A stretch of DNA of 64,000 bases from Armatimonadota bacterium. Its GTDB lineage: Bacteria > Armatimonadota > Fimbriimonadia > Fimbriimonadales > GBS-DC. The stretch covers positions 2,877-66,876 of the forward strand of contig JAIMAN010000001.1 in NCBI GenBank assembly GCA_023511915.1, given 5' to 3'. Below are positions 32,395 to 42,134 of this stretch, piece after piece. Both the position numbers and the translations under genes were made by a program. Position 1 is the stretch's first letter, and each line of letters starts with the position of its first letter. The notes beneath the pieces are model-generated. The model ran no database searches. It had not been told where the DNA came from and saw nothing but the letters and a program-made list of their open reading frames with translations.

Positions 32395-33882
32395 TTATCG
32401 GATGAGCTGCAGCACGCCCTGCGGCGCGAAGTTCGCCTGCCCCAAGACCGACATACCCGCCTGCTGGAGAATCTGGAACTTGGTGAAGCGGCTGGTCTCT
32501 TCGGCGAAGTTCGTGTCGCGGATGGCGGACTCGGTCGCCGTCAGGTTCTCCTTCGCAACGGACAGCGAGCGCATGTTGCTTTCGAGAATGTTCTTCTGGA
32601 ACGCGCCCATGTCGCCGCGCAGTTTGGAGACCTGTGCAATCGCAGCGTCGATGATTTTCAGCGCTTCCTCAGCGCCGCCCGTCTTGGTCACATCGATATC
32701 CTTGAGGCTCTGGCCTGCGACGACGCCCGTGCCGATTTTGTCAGCGCGCATGTTGTTGATGGAGAAGCGGGCAATCTGCCCCGCGTTCGCGCCGATTTGG
32801 AACTCAAGCTGCCCAGCACTGGTGCGTCCGATGGCGCCGTCGCCGTTGGTGGTGTGATTGCCGTACTCGGTGAGCAGCAGCACATTCCCTTTGGCGTCCG
32901 TGAGGCGCAGCCCCGAGTCGCCGCTGGCTTTGCCGCCCGTAAACAGCACGGTTACGACGCCGCCGTCTATGTTGGTGATAGAGGCAGTGGCGGTAGCATT
33001 GACTCCCGTATTGCTGGCAGTGGTCGCCGAGTTGTACAGAATCGCCTGTGCGTCATTGACCGTCACGGAGAAATTCGCGCCGTATTCTGCCGCACGCAGC
33101 CGCACATTGAAGTTCGCGCCGTTCGGCACAAGTTCTGCAACGACGCCCGTGACACTGGTCTGGGAGTTGATTTGGTCGACAAAGCTTTGGACGGTCGTGG
33201 TGCCTGCTTGGGTGGTGAAGCTCACGCCGTTGATGACCACCGACGCAGAGGTCTGGATAATCGCCGCGGCGCCTGTGTAATCACGGCTGCCTGTCACTTG
33301 GGCGCGGGTCGCGGCAGTGGTAACATCGATGGTGATGGTTCCTGTGCCAATCGCGTAGTCTTGGGACGCCGCGCCACTGACGCTCCCGAACACAGAGCCG
33401 CCAAAGAACAAGCCGCCCACGCGCGTGAAGTCGGTCACGACAGCGGTCGTGCCCGCCGTGCCGTCGAGCAGCTTTTTGGTACCGAACTGGGTCTGTGCAG
33501 CGATACGGTTGATACTGTCGATCGCCGAGGCGATTTGGTTCTGGTTCGCTTGCAAGGACGCCTGATTGTTCGTACCCGTGTTTCCTGAAGCGACGGCGAG
33601 TTGGCGCATGCTGCGCAGCAGGTTATGCATCTCATCGAGCGCGCCTTCGGCGGTCTTCACAAGGTTCGTTGCGTCCTGCGAGTTGGCAATCGCCTGCTCC
33701 AAACCCGTGATTTGAGCGCGCAGGTCTTCCGAGCGAATCAAGCCCGCTGGGTCATCGGCGCTGCGGTTGATACGCAGTCCCGAAGCAAGTTTCTCAATCG
33801 ATCGCCCGAATCCGTCGGCGGCGCGTTCGACATTACGCAGCGCGTTCAGCGCTGACATGTTGGTGTTGATTCGTAAACTCAT
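32395..33882 (-). CDS. fliC: flagellin
   Basis: The conserved termini are present: MSLRINTNMSALNALRNVERA...LASGLRINRSADDPAG and ...ILQQAGMSVLGQANFAPQGVLQLIR. The central domain is variable and Thr/Gly-rich. Confidence 0.95.
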   Translation of the reverse strand: MSLRINTNMSALNALRNVERAADGFGRSIEKLASGLRINRSADDPAGLIRSEDLRAQITGLEQAIANSQDATNLVKTAEGALDEMHNLLRSMRQLAVASGNTGTNNQASLQANQNQIASAIDSINRIAAQTQFGTKKLLDGTAGTTAVVTDFTRVGGLFFGGSVFGSVSGAASQDYAIGTGTITIDVTTAATRAQVTGSRDYTGAAAIIQTSASVVINGVSFTTQAGTTTVQSFVDQINSQTSVTGVVAELVPNGANFNVRLRAAEYGANFSVTVNDAQAILYNSATTASNTGVNATATASITNIDGGVVTVLFTGGKASGDSGLRLTDAKGNVLLLTEYGNHTTNGDGAIGRTSAGQLEFQIGANAGQIARFSINNMRADKIGTGVVAGQSLKDIDVTKTGGAEEALKIIDAAIAQVSKLRGDMGAFQKNILESNMRSLSVAKENLTATESAIRDTNFAEETSRFTKFQILQQAGMSVLGQANFAPQGVLQLIR

Positions 33883-34047
33883 CGTTCAATCCTCCCTGAT
33901 AGTGTGATTTCCGACGCGCGGGGGCGTCGTTCCGTCGATGCCCTGTGGGCGCGTCGAGGGGGATTGTCGGCGGAACTTAAACCGTCACTCTCTGCAAAAT
34001 TGCGAGGTTTAGTCAAATATAGTAGAAGTACGAGTTGCCTGTGCGAA

Positions 34048-35097
34048 TTACGGGCGTGTCAGGCGCGTCTTGTGCAGCAGGCGGATGCGCTGCACGGCGT
34101 CGGCAGGCAAGCGTTGGAGTTGCACGCCGACTCGGTAGCGCGGCGCGCCCTGCTGCGTGAACGCGACGATGGAGCGCACTGTGCCCTCGCTCTGAAACTG
34201 AAGTTGCCCCGTTTCGGAATGCCCCTGCACTTCGAGGTAGAGTGTCGCGCCGCGCATGGGCGGCTCGGCAAGCACGAGGCACACGCCGCCCTCGCTGAGA
34301 TCCGTCACCTCCGCTTCGATGGCGCGCTGCAGTCTGCCCGCGACCGACACGAACGCCTTGCCCGACACGGGCACGCGCGGGCGGCGTCGCCGCTGGATGC
34401 GCCGTATCAGGCGCGGCAGGCGCAGCACCCACAGCATTTCGCCCCCCTCGGCGGTCGCTTCGATCACGCGCGCCTCGAACTGATAAAGCGCGTCGCTGCC
34501 CGTCCATTCCACCACCCATCGCGTCGGGTGGGGCGGCTCCAGCAACTCGGTGCGCACGCTGAGGAACATCTCGTCCGCGTGCAACGCCCGCCCCAGAACC
34601 GTGTGCGACTCGGCGCGGAGCGTCGCCAACGCGCCGACTTCCAGCCAGCAGACACCGCGACTCTCGTCCGTCGGCATCTGCACAGCGGCGTAAGCCGTGG
34701 GCGCACGCCTCGCCAACAGCGCACGCACCGTGTTCAGCAGCGTGTCGATATCAAATGGTTTATACAGCAGCGCGTCCACGCCCAGCGCGAGCGCACGGTA
34801 CACCTCCTCGTCGGCAGCGTAGGCAGTCACCACAATCACGGGGAGATCGGGGTACAGCGTTCGCGCATGGCGCAACACATTCACACCCGAACCGCGCTGA
34901 ATCCGTAGGTCGGAAATCACCAAATCGTAGCGTCGCTCCGTGAGCCGCCGCACAGCCTCTTCCTCGCAGCTTACGGTCTCGCACGGCACGCCCATCGTGC
35001 GCAAGGCATCGGACACCACGCGATCCAACAGCCGTTCATCTTCCACCAGCAGCACGCCAATTTCGGGCAAAGTCTCTCCTCCGTGAAACCTACGCAT
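34048..35097 (-). CDS. response-regulator receiver domain fused to a YcgR-like PilZ module (c-di-GMP receptor candidate)
   Basis: The REC domain shows VLLVEDE, VISDLRI, PVIVVTAY and LYKPFD. The PilZ motifs are RRRRPRVPV and DLSEGGVCLV. The TTG at 35070 is an alternative start, preceded by GGAGGAG. Confidence 0.75.
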   Translation of the reverse strand: MRRFHGGETLPEIGVLLVEDERLLDRVVSDALRTMGVPCETVSCEEEAVRRLTERRYDLVISDLRIQRGSGVNVLRHARTLYPDLPVIVVTAYAADEEVYRALALGVDALLYKPFDIDTLLNTVRALLARRAPTAYAAVQMPTDESRGVCWLEVGALATLRAESHTVLGRALHADEMFLSVRTELLEPPHPTRWVVEWTGSDALYQFEARVIEATAEGGEMLWVLRLPRLIRRIQRRRRPRVPVSGKAFVSVAGRLQRAIEAEVTDLSEGGVCLVLAEPPMRGATLYLEVQGHSETGQLQFQSEGTVRSIVAFTQQGAPRYRVGVQLQRLPADAVQRIRLLHKTRLTRP

Positions 35098-35225
35098 TCT
35101 CAACAGTGCAACTACCCAGTCTCACAGCAACTTTCGTGCCAAACGCGCCGATTTTGAAATTTTCTTGAGAAGAAGGTATAGATTCTGCGCCTATGCAGGA
35201 ACCCACTCCAGATTGGCGAACAAAC

Positions 35226-35233
35226 GCCGATAA
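35226..35233 (+). promoter_or_regulatory. exact match to the sigma-28 (FliA) -10 consensus GCCGATAA
   Basis: The sequence reads aaacGCCGATAActac, 51 nt upstream of the TPR gene ATG. The expected -35 position, 15 nt upstream, reads TCCA rather than TAAA. Confidence 0.25.
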
Positions 35234-35265
35234 CTACAGCAGATTGCAATCCGCGCGTGCGCGGG

Positions 35266-35271
35266 TATACT
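35266..35271 (+). promoter_or_regulatory. candidate -10 box ggg-TATACT, 12 nt upstream of the TPR gene ATG
   Basis: The sequence reads gcgggTATACTtagggtagaacgATG. Confidence 0.3.
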
Positions 35272-35283
35272 TAGGGTAGAACG

Positions 35284-35874
35284 ATGCGGAACCTACTACT
35301 GATTGTGGGCTGTGCGGTGATGCTGAGCATGGGGTGGACGCAGGCGCAGCCGCCTGACGCGGTACAGCGCAAACTGACCGCCCTGCGCCAACTGACCGAG
35401 TTCCGACTGGTGCAACTCGCCGACGAATACTGGCACGAAGGCTTGCACTACAAGACGATGGCGCTGATGTTCGTGCTGTTGGAGTACGACCCGCGCGATG
35501 TAGAAAACATCGGCGGGCTGGCGTGGCTGCTGGACGGCTACGGCGAGACCGCGCGCGCGATTCAAGTCTACCAGCGCGGCATCCGCCTGAACCCCAACCG
35601 CTACGACCTATATTACGACCTGGGATTCGCCTATTTCAACAAGCGGCAGTACGCGCAGGCGCTGCCCTACTTGGAGAAAGCCGTGCAGTTCGCCAACGCG
35701 CCCGCGTTTGTGTGGAAGACGCTGGCGCACTGCTACGAGCGACTCGAACGCTACCAGCAGTCGCTGCAGGCATGGGAGAAAGCCAAACAGTTAGACCCCA
35801 GCGACGGCGCGGTGGAACCCAACATGCAGCGCGTGCGCCAAAAACTCCAAGAGCAACGCGCCAACAGTTCCTAA
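35284..35874 (+). CDS. secreted tetratricopeptide-repeat protein
   Basis: The signal-like N-terminus is MRNLLLIVGCAVMLSMGWTQA. TPR-like repeats follow (AIQVYQRGIRLNPNRYDLYYDLGFAYFNKRQYAQALPYLEKAV...). Confidence 0.75.
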   Translation: MRNLLLIVGCAVMLSMGWTQAQPPDAVQRKLTALRQLTEFRLVQLADEYWHEGLHYKTMALMFVLLEYDPRDVENIGGLAWLLDGYGETARAIQVYQRGIRLNPNRYDLYYDLGFAYFNKRQYAQALPYLEKAVQFANAPAFVWKTLAHCYERLERYQQSLQAWEKAKQLDPSDGAVEPNMQRVRQKLQEQRANSS

Positions 35875-35893
35875 ACGATGAGGAGGGGAGGCT

Positions 35894-36184
35894 ATGCTGT
35901 CGCCGATTGACCTGCTGATCCTCGCGCTGCGCGCGATTGTGATTATCTTGGTAATTAATGTGGTCTTCTCGTGGATTCGCTTCGCGGGCGGGCGCGTGCC
36001 GCGCTACAATCCGATTGTGCGCTTCATCGACCGCATCAGCGACGCCATCCTGGAGCCGATTCGCCAAGTGCAGAACCGCCTGCTGCGCAGTACGGGGCTG
36101 GGCTACATGCCCATCGACTTCTCGCCGCTGATTGCGATTATCTTCATCCAGTTCCTCATCTACCTGCTTGCGGGGTTGCGATGA
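35894..36184 (+). CDS. YggT family membrane protein
   Basis: The 96 aa product has two TM segments and the sequence ILVINVVFSWIRF...YNPIVRFIDRISDAILEPIR. GAGGAGGGGAGG lies upstream. Confidence 0.8.
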   Translation: MLSPIDLLILALRAIVIILVINVVFSWIRFAGGRVPRYNPIVRFIDRISDAILEPIRQVQNRLLRSTGLGYMPIDFSPLIAIIFIQFLIYLLAGLR

Positions 36185-36726
36185 ACGAGCCAAGACGACT
36201 CACGGTGCTGGAGATTGAGACCAAAAAGTTCCGCAAGCGGCTGCGGGGCTATGACCCTGTGGCGGTGCAGGCGTTCCTGCAGGAGGTCGCGGCGCACTAC
36301 GAGGAGGTCGTCACGGAGAACCGCCGCCTGCGCGAGGAGTCGGTCGGGCTGCGTCAAGAGGCGGAACGCTATCGCGCGATGGAGGACGCCCTCAAGGAGT
36401 CGCTGGTGCTGGCGCAGCGCAGCGCGGACGAAACGCGCAGCAACGCGCACAAGGAGGCGGAACTGATTCTGCGCGAGGCGCACCTCAAGGCGGAGCAGAT
36501 TGTGCGCGAGGCGGAGACGCGCGCACAGCGCATCCTCGCCGAGACCGAAGCGCTGGAAGCGCGCAAGCGCGCCGTGCTGATGGAACTGCGCGGGCTGCTG
36601 CTGGCGCACCTGCACGCGCTGGAGACACAGGAGAGCGACTCGGCGCGTGGGGTCGCCCTCGCCGAGACCGCCGCCCCCACCGAGAACGGCGCGCCCGAAC
36701 CCGTCGCCGACGCCAGCGCGTCCTGA
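36181..36726 (+). CDS. DivIVA domain protein
   Basis: The sequence LTVLEIETKKFRKRLRGYDPVAVQAFLQEVA is followed by a long coiled coil. The start overlaps the yggT stop as ATGA. The yggT-divIVA pairing is the classic arrangement. Confidence 0.85.
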   Translation: MNEPRRLTVLEIETKKFRKRLRGYDPVAVQAFLQEVAAHYEEVVTENRRLREESVGLRQEAERYRAMEDALKESLVLAQRSADETRSNAHKEAELILREAHLKAEQIVREAETRAQRILAETEALEARKRAVLMELRGLLLAHLHALETQESDSARGVALAETAAPTENGAPEPVADASAS

Positions 36727-36798
36727 ATCCAGCGCGATGCACCAACACCGTGGGCGAATTGGGTAGGAGCTTCGCCCTTGCACCCGAACTTTACGTCT

Positions 36799-38118
36799 AT
36801 GCGCAAGTGGAAGGTCGTGTGTGGCATTGCGGCAGGCGTTGCGCTGCTGGTTTGTGCGGGCGCATTGGGGTGGGTGTTCTTGCCCCCGCGGCTTGAGGTA
36901 CCCCCGCGTCAATACCCGCCGAACAACGCCTACCCCGAATACGGCGCGCTAAGGGAGCAAATGCGGGGACATATCGTGCGCGATGCACGCCTGACGCGCA
37001 TCGAGCGTGCAATTGTATCCCAGCAGCCCCTCTCTGCTGCCGACCGCGCCTACTACCTGCAGCAGATGGCGCCCTATCTGCGCCGCTACGAGCAACTCAC
37101 CCAACGCCCCAGTATGGTCGTCTACGAGCGTGATATCACGCTTTTCCCTAAATTGGCAGGGGTACGCGAGCTGGCGCGCATCGATTCCTACTTTATGCGC
37201 GAAGAGTTGCGCCAGCGACGCTACCGCGACGCCATCAGACGCGCCGAGCGGCTGATGCGCCTCGCCGACCAAGTGCGCAACGGCGGTCTGCTGACTCACT
37301 ACCTCGTGGGCGCTGCTGTGAACGCGATTGCGATAGACCCCATTCGAGAGGAGTTGCCGCGCATCCGCGACCGCGCCGCGCTGGAAGCCCTGCTACAAAT
37401 CGCCCGCGCCTACGAACAGCAGCGCGTGCCCCTCTGGAAGTGCATCGAGGAGGAATACTACCTCGGACTAAAGATGTACCAAGAAATCGCAACAGGACGC
37501 CGTAGCGCCCAGCGACTCACCGATCCAATTTCAGGAACGCCGTCAGAGCAGATGATCGGTTGGGCTCGTGGGATTATTCGTGGGATTATGGATCGCTACT
37601 TAGCCAAGACCGCCATCCCCGAATACCGCCGCCTGATGCCGCGCCTGATTGAAGAACTGAAACAGCCGCCTGGCAAGCGCCCCCAACGCTCCAAAGCAGA
37701 CCTCGAACGGGAGACGCGCCACCCGCTGAACCAGATTACCATTCCTGAGCTGGCACGTTCGGGCGAAAACGAAGCGCGTGAAGTGGTTGTTATGCGGCTC
37801 ATCGGTTGCACGGCGGCGATTCGGCTACACAAACTGCGCACGGGCAACTATCCCGCCTCGCTGGAGGCGTTGCAACTCGGCGAGATGATAATCGACCCGT
37901 TTTCGGGCAAGCCGTTCGTGTATAAGACCGACCCACGCGCGGGGTTCCTGCTCTACTCGGTCAGTCTGAACGGCGTCGATGACGGCGGCGTGACGACCTA
38001 TCTGCCCTTCGCCGAGGCGAGCGGCGACCTCTCGCCTGTGAAAGTGCCTGTGCCCACACACCTGAAAGGCACGCCCCTACAGCAGTTGCCGCCGATTGCG
38101 CCGATTTGGCTACGGTAG
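36799..38118 (+). CDS. hypothetical membrane-anchored/secreted protein
   Basis: [27 protein letters not shown] is an N-terminal anchor. I do not recognise a family. Confidence 0.55.
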   Translation: MRKWKVVCGIAAGVALLVCAGALGWVFLPPRLEVPPRQYPPNNAYPEYGALREQMRGHIVRDARLTRIERAIVSQQPLSAADRAYYLQQMAPYLRRYEQLTQRPSMVVYERDITLFPKLAGVRELARIDSYFMREELRQRRYRDAIRRAERLMRLADQVRNGGLLTHYLVGAAVNAIAIDPIREELPRIRDRAALEALLQIARAYEQQRVPLWKCIEEEYYLGLKMYQEIATGRRSAQRLTDPISGTPSEQMIGWARGIIRGIMDRYLAKTAIPEYRRLMPRLIEELKQPPGKRPQRSKADLERETRHPLNQITIPELARSGENEAREVVVMRLIGCTAAIRLHKLRTGNYPASLEALQLGEMIIDPFSGKPFVYKTDPRAGFLLYSVSLNGVDDGGVTTYLPFAEASGDLSPVKVPVPTHLKGTPLQQLPPIAPIWLR

Positions 38119-38166
38119 ACCCAGCGTAGCCCCAGAACACGATGCCAGTGGACGACTGCAAAAGGG

Positions 38167-38172
38167 TACAAT
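38167..38172 (+). promoter_or_regulatory. candidate -10 box ggg-TACAAT, 10 nt upstream of the uvrA-fragment ATG
   Basis: The sequence reads aaagggTACAATttgcctgcctATG. Confidence 0.4.
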
Positions 38173-38182
38173 TTGCCTGCCT

Positions 38183-38941
38183 ATGGCGCAGGATAAGATC
38201 GTCATCACGGGCGCGCGCGAGCATAACCTGAAGAACCTGCACCTGACTATCCCGCGCGATAAGTTGGTCGTCATTACGGGCGTGTCGGGGTCGGGCAAGT
38301 CCACGCTGGCGTTCGACACCATCTACGCCGAGGGGCAACGCCGCTATGTAGAAAGCCTCTCGTCCTACGCCCGCCAGTTCCTCGGCGTGATGGACAAGCC
38401 CGATGTGGACTCCATCGAGGGTCTCTCGCCCGCCATCTCCATCGACCAGAAGTCGACCAGCCACAACCCGCGCAGCACGGTCGGCACGGTGACGGAGATT
38501 TACGACTACCTGCGATTGCTGTTTGCCCGTGCGGGACGCCCCCACTGCCCCCAGTGCGGTAAGCCCATCACGCGCCAGACGGTGGACAGCATCGTGGACA
38601 CGGTGATGCGCCTGCCCGAAGGCACGCGCATTCAGGTGCTTGCGCCCATCGTGCGCGGGCGCAAGGGCGAGTACCGCCATGTGTTCAGCGAGGTGCAGAA
38701 ACTCGGCTTTGTGCGCGTGCGCGTCGACGGGCAAACCTACGAGGTCACGGAAGTCCCCGCGCTCGACCGCTACAAGCAGCACACCATCGAGATTGTCGTT
38801 GACCGCTTGGTCGTGCGCGAGGGGGTGCAGTCGCGCTTGGCGGAGGCGGTGGAGACCAGCCTGCGCTTGGCGAAGGGGCTGGCGACCGTCCACATCGTGA
38901 GCCTGCCCGAACAGGCAGTGGTCCACGGGAGTGCGGAATGA
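38183..38941 (+). pseudogene. uvrA: uvrA 5' fragment (first ~250 of ~940 codons)
   Basis: The translation [68 protein letters not shown]...[18 protein letters not shown]...[12 protein letters not shown] is collinear with UvrA residues 1 to about 245. It then stops, and the stop overlaps the deoB ATG. Confidence 0.8.
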
Positions 38942-40104
38942 GGCTGGAGCGTGCGATTCTGGTTGTGCTGGACGGCTGTGGGGTCGGCGCGGCGCCCGAC
39001 GCGGCAGACTACGGCGACACGGGCGAGAACACCCCCAACACGCTGGGGCACTTGGCGGAAGCGGTCGGCGGGCTGAACCTGCCGTGCCTGCAGGCGCTGG
39101 GGCTGGGCAACATCTTGCCGCTGCGCGGCGTTCCTCCCGCCGACGCGCCCCGCGCCCACTACGGCAAAGTGCAGCCCCACTCCAAAGGCAAAGACTCCGT
39201 CACGGGGCACTGGGAGATGATGGGCGTCCACACCGAGACGCCGTTCCCCACCTACCCCGACGGCTTCCCGCCCGAAGTCATCCGCGCCTTCGAAGCGCGA
39301 ATCGGACGCGAGACGCTGGGCAACTATCCCGCCTCGGGCACGGAGATTATCAAGCAACTGGGCATGGAACACCTGCGCACGGGCAAGCCGATTGTCTACA
39401 CCAGTGCGGACAGCGTGTTCCAAATCGCCGCGCACGAGGCGGTCATCCCGCTGGAGGCACTCTATCGGATGTGCGCAATCGCCCGCGAACTGCTGCAGCC
39501 GCCGCACCATGTGCAGCGCGTGATTGCCCGCCCATTCGTCGGCGATAGCCCCGACACTTTTCGGCGCACGGAGAACCGACGCGACTTCCCGCTGCCGCCG
39601 CCCGAAAATCTTATCGATGCGCTGCACGCGCGCGGAATCGGCGTCTACGGGATTGGCGTTGTGCCCGAACTGTTTGTGTATCGCGGCTTTCGCCACGCCG
39701 AGCGCACCCAGAGCAACGCCGAGCATTACGACGCGCTGCTGCGCGCCCTGCAGAGCGACTGCGCGTTCATCTTCGCCAACTTCGAGGACTTCGATATGCT
39801 GTACGGGCATCGGAACGACCCTGCAGGCTTCGCCCGCGCCCTGAACGAGTTCGACGCCATGCTGGGGGAGTTGCTTACGCGCCTGCGCCCGACCGACCTG
39901 CTGATACTGACCGCCGATCACGGCAACGACCCGACCACGCCCAGCACCGACCACTCGCGCGAGTACCTGCCGCTGCTTATTTATTCGCCCAGCAACGCGC
40001 GCGGGCGCGACTTGGGTGTGCGGCGCACGCTGGCGGACATCGGCGCGACCGTCGGCGCGCTGTGGGGCGTCCGTGCGCCGAATGGCGAGCCGATTGAACT
40101 GTAG
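38938..40104 (+). CDS. deoB: phosphopentomutase
   Basis: The translation starts [22 protein letters not shown] and shows [13 protein letters not shown] and TADHGNDPT. Confidence 0.93.
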   Translation: MRLERAILVVLDGCGVGAAPDAADYGDTGENTPNTLGHLAEAVGGLNLPCLQALGLGNILPLRGVPPADAPRAHYGKVQPHSKGKDSVTGHWEMMGVHTETPFPTYPDGFPPEVIRAFEARIGRETLGNYPASGTEIIKQLGMEHLRTGKPIVYTSADSVFQIAAHEAVIPLEALYRMCAIARELLQPPHHVQRVIARPFVGDSPDTFRRTENRRDFPLPPPENLIDALHARGIGVYGIGVVPELFVYRGFRHAERTQSNAEHYDALLRALQSDCAFIFANFEDFDMLYGHRNDPAGFARALNEFDAMLGELLTRLRPTDLLILTADHGNDPTTPSTDHSREYLPLLIYSPSNARGRDLGVRRTLADIGATVGALWGVRAPNGEPIEL

Positions 40105-40111
40105 CGGCGGC

Positions 40112-40876
40112 TTACTTGAGGGCGAGGCGGATGACCGTGTAGAGCATCACGCCGACGAAAATCAGGCGCAGGGCAAGCGTCGGCACGCGCTGGGCGAACT
40201 TGACCCCCACCCGCGCGCCGATCACAATTCCCAGCGCGGCAGGCACAACATAGTCCACCTGCAACTTGCCCTGCACCAGGTACAGTAGCGCGCTTGCCGA
40301 CGCCGTCGCGCCAATCAGGAAGGTGCTGGTGCCAATCGCGCAGCGCAGGGGCGTCTTGAGAATCGTGTGCATCAGGGGCACTTGAATCAGTCCGCCGCCG
40401 ACGCCCAGCACCGCCGAAATCGCGCCCGCCAAGGCGGAGAGGCTGACGGCAATCCCGCGCTGACGCGAGTCCCAGTGCGTACGGCAGTCGGGTCGCGCCG
40501 CCTGCGCCGAGACGGGACGCCGCATCGCCCACAGCATCTGCCCCAGCACATACAGCACCAGCGCGATAAACAGCCAGCGCACCGCTGATTCGGGGACGTA
40601 GCCGATCAGCAGCCCGCCCGCAATCGCGCCGCACAGCGTCGGAATCAGCAACCGCACGCCCAGGCGCCAGTCCACCAGCCCCGCCTGTAGGTAGGTCTGC
40701 ACGCCCGCACAGGAGGTCGCCGCCACCGCCACCAGACTCGCCGCCACCGCCTGCTTAATCGGCGCGCCCATCAGCACCGTCAGCGCGGGAACCAAGATAA
40801 TGCCCCCGCCCAGCCCCAGCATCGAGCCGAACGCGCCCGCGCCTATCGCGATCGGGAAAATCCATAGGCTACTCAC
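40112..40876 (-). CDS. TauE/SafE family sulfite/anion exporter
   Basis: The 254 aa product has about eight TM helices and the repeated GLGGGIILVP / GVGGGLIQVP motif. Confidence 0.8.
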   Translation of the reverse strand: MSSLWIFPIAIGAGAFGSMLGLGGGIILVPALTVLMGAPIKQAVAASLVAVAATSCAGVQTYLQAGLVDWRLGVRLLIPTLCGAIAGGLLIGYVPESAVRWLFIALVLYVLGQMLWAMRRPVSAQAARPDCRTHWDSRQRGIAVSLSALAGAISAVLGVGGGLIQVPLMHTILKTPLRCAIGTSTFLIGATASASALLYLVQGKLQVDYVVPAALGIVIGARVGVKFAQRVPTLALRLIFVGVMLYTVIRLALK

Positions 40877-42024
40877 GGTCGCATGTTGCGCGGGATACGC
40901 TCGGCAACGGGCGGCAGCGGCGGCAGCGGCTTATGCGGCTCCGTCTGATACCAGTACGCCACGCTGGAGTAGTCGTTCTCCTGCAGATTCGCGTGCCCAT
41001 GCTCGATGCTGACCCGAATCGACTGCGTGAACAGAATGGGGTCTTCCACATGGAACCGATAGGAGGTACACTGCCTGCGGTCGGGGTGTTTCGGGTCCGT
41101 TTCGGGGATAGAGGTTCCCGCGTACAGGTACGCCTTCGGGTGCATGCCCCATGCGTGGCAGAGGTAGTCTTCGGAGCCTGTGCCGTGCAGCGAGGGCGGC
41201 CACGGCTCGCCGTCGATGAAAATCATATCGTCGCCCTCGCCCCACCAAGTGTATTCCTTGATGACCTGCTCTTGGCTGCCCAGTTTGCGAATCACGGGCA
41301 GCGGGTCGATATTGTCCACCGACAGCACGCAGCCGACATAGTGCCCCGCGCCTTCGGCGTCCAGAATCAGGTAGTTCTCGGCGTCGCTGAGGTTCGGCGT
41401 GTCCAGCAGTTCCCAATAGTTGCGTCGCTGCTCGAACAGGTTGCCCTGCGTGCCTGTGGTGTGATACTCCTGGCGGTAATGCGCGTGGAAGCGCAGCACA
41501 TGGTCGGGCAACGGCGCGTCATAGGATTCGTAGTCGATGTAGTAGTAGAACGAGCCGATTTCGGTGTCGCATTCGTTGACCACCTCGAGGCGTGCGCCTG
41601 TGCTGAACGGCATCGGGAAGTAGCAGTTGAGCGCGATGCCGCCGCCGTAGTTGCCTTCGTTCGCCTCGTGGTTGACGGTCGTGAAGGGCATCGACATGTA
41701 GGAGCGTGCAATCCCGTGCCCCAGCCCGAAGAAGTCGCCCAGCGGCGCCAGCACACTCGGCTCCGTCTCGTCGTCCCAATACATCTTGAGGACGGTCTTG
41801 CGCAAATACAGCCGATCGCGGCAGCCGACCGTAATCCAGATATGGCGGATGCACCCTGCGCCTTCAATCTGCGCGAGGGTCGCCGTCGCGCCCTGCGGAA
41901 TGGTCAGAAAATCGCGGTTGCCGCCCGTTGTGTCCCAACTGGAGATGCGTCGGGAGCGTCCTGCGCGGCGATAGATGAGTTTCGCCAGCGGTCCTGTGCC
42001 GTCGATGCCTGAAAGGATGTCCAT
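40873..42024 (-). CDS. DUF2961 (GH172-like) protein
   Basis: The translation shows RISSWDTTGGNRDFLTIPQGATATLAQIEGAGCIRHIWITV, APLGDFFGLGHG and WWGEGDDMIFIDGE...HGTGSEDY. Confidence 0.75.
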   Translation of the reverse strand: MDILSGIDGTGPLAKLIYRRAGRSRRISSWDTTGGNRDFLTIPQGATATLAQIEGAGCIRHIWITVGCRDRLYLRKTVLKMYWDDETEPSVLAPLGDFFGLGHGIARSYMSMPFTTVNHEANEGNYGGGIALNCYFPMPFSTGARLEVVNECDTEIGSFYYYIDYESYDAPLPDHVLRFHAHYRQEYHTTGTQGNLFEQRRNYWELLDTPNLSDAENYLILDAEGAGHYVGCVLSVDNIDPLPVIRKLGSQEQVIKEYTWWGEGDDMIFIDGEPWPPSLHGTGSEDYLCHAWGMHPKAYLYAGTSIPETDPKHPDRRQCTSYRFHVEDPILFTQSIRVSIEHGHANLQENDYSSVAYWYQTEPHKPLPPLPPVAERIPRNMRP

Positions 42025-42091
42025 AGCCTATGCGCCTCCTGCAACGCAGGGATTCTGCGGGTGCTTCGAAAGTCCTGCAGGGGTTCGGCGG

Positions 42092-42097
42092 TATAAT
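42092..42097 (+). promoter_or_regulatory. candidate -10 box cgg-TATAAT
   Basis: The sequence reads ggcggTATAATtgactga...gcGGAGGtgctgtgATG. Confidence 0.4.
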
Positions 42098-42134
42098 TGA
42101 CTGACCCACGGGTCAAATACGCGGAGGTGCTGTG

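Noticed and set aside
33963-33971. A sigma-28-like CCGACAAT element upstream of fliC.
   Set aside because: The only TAAA-like sequence lies immediately adjacent (2 nt) or about 36 nt away, not at the required ~15 nt spacing, so I could not support a FliA promoter call here.
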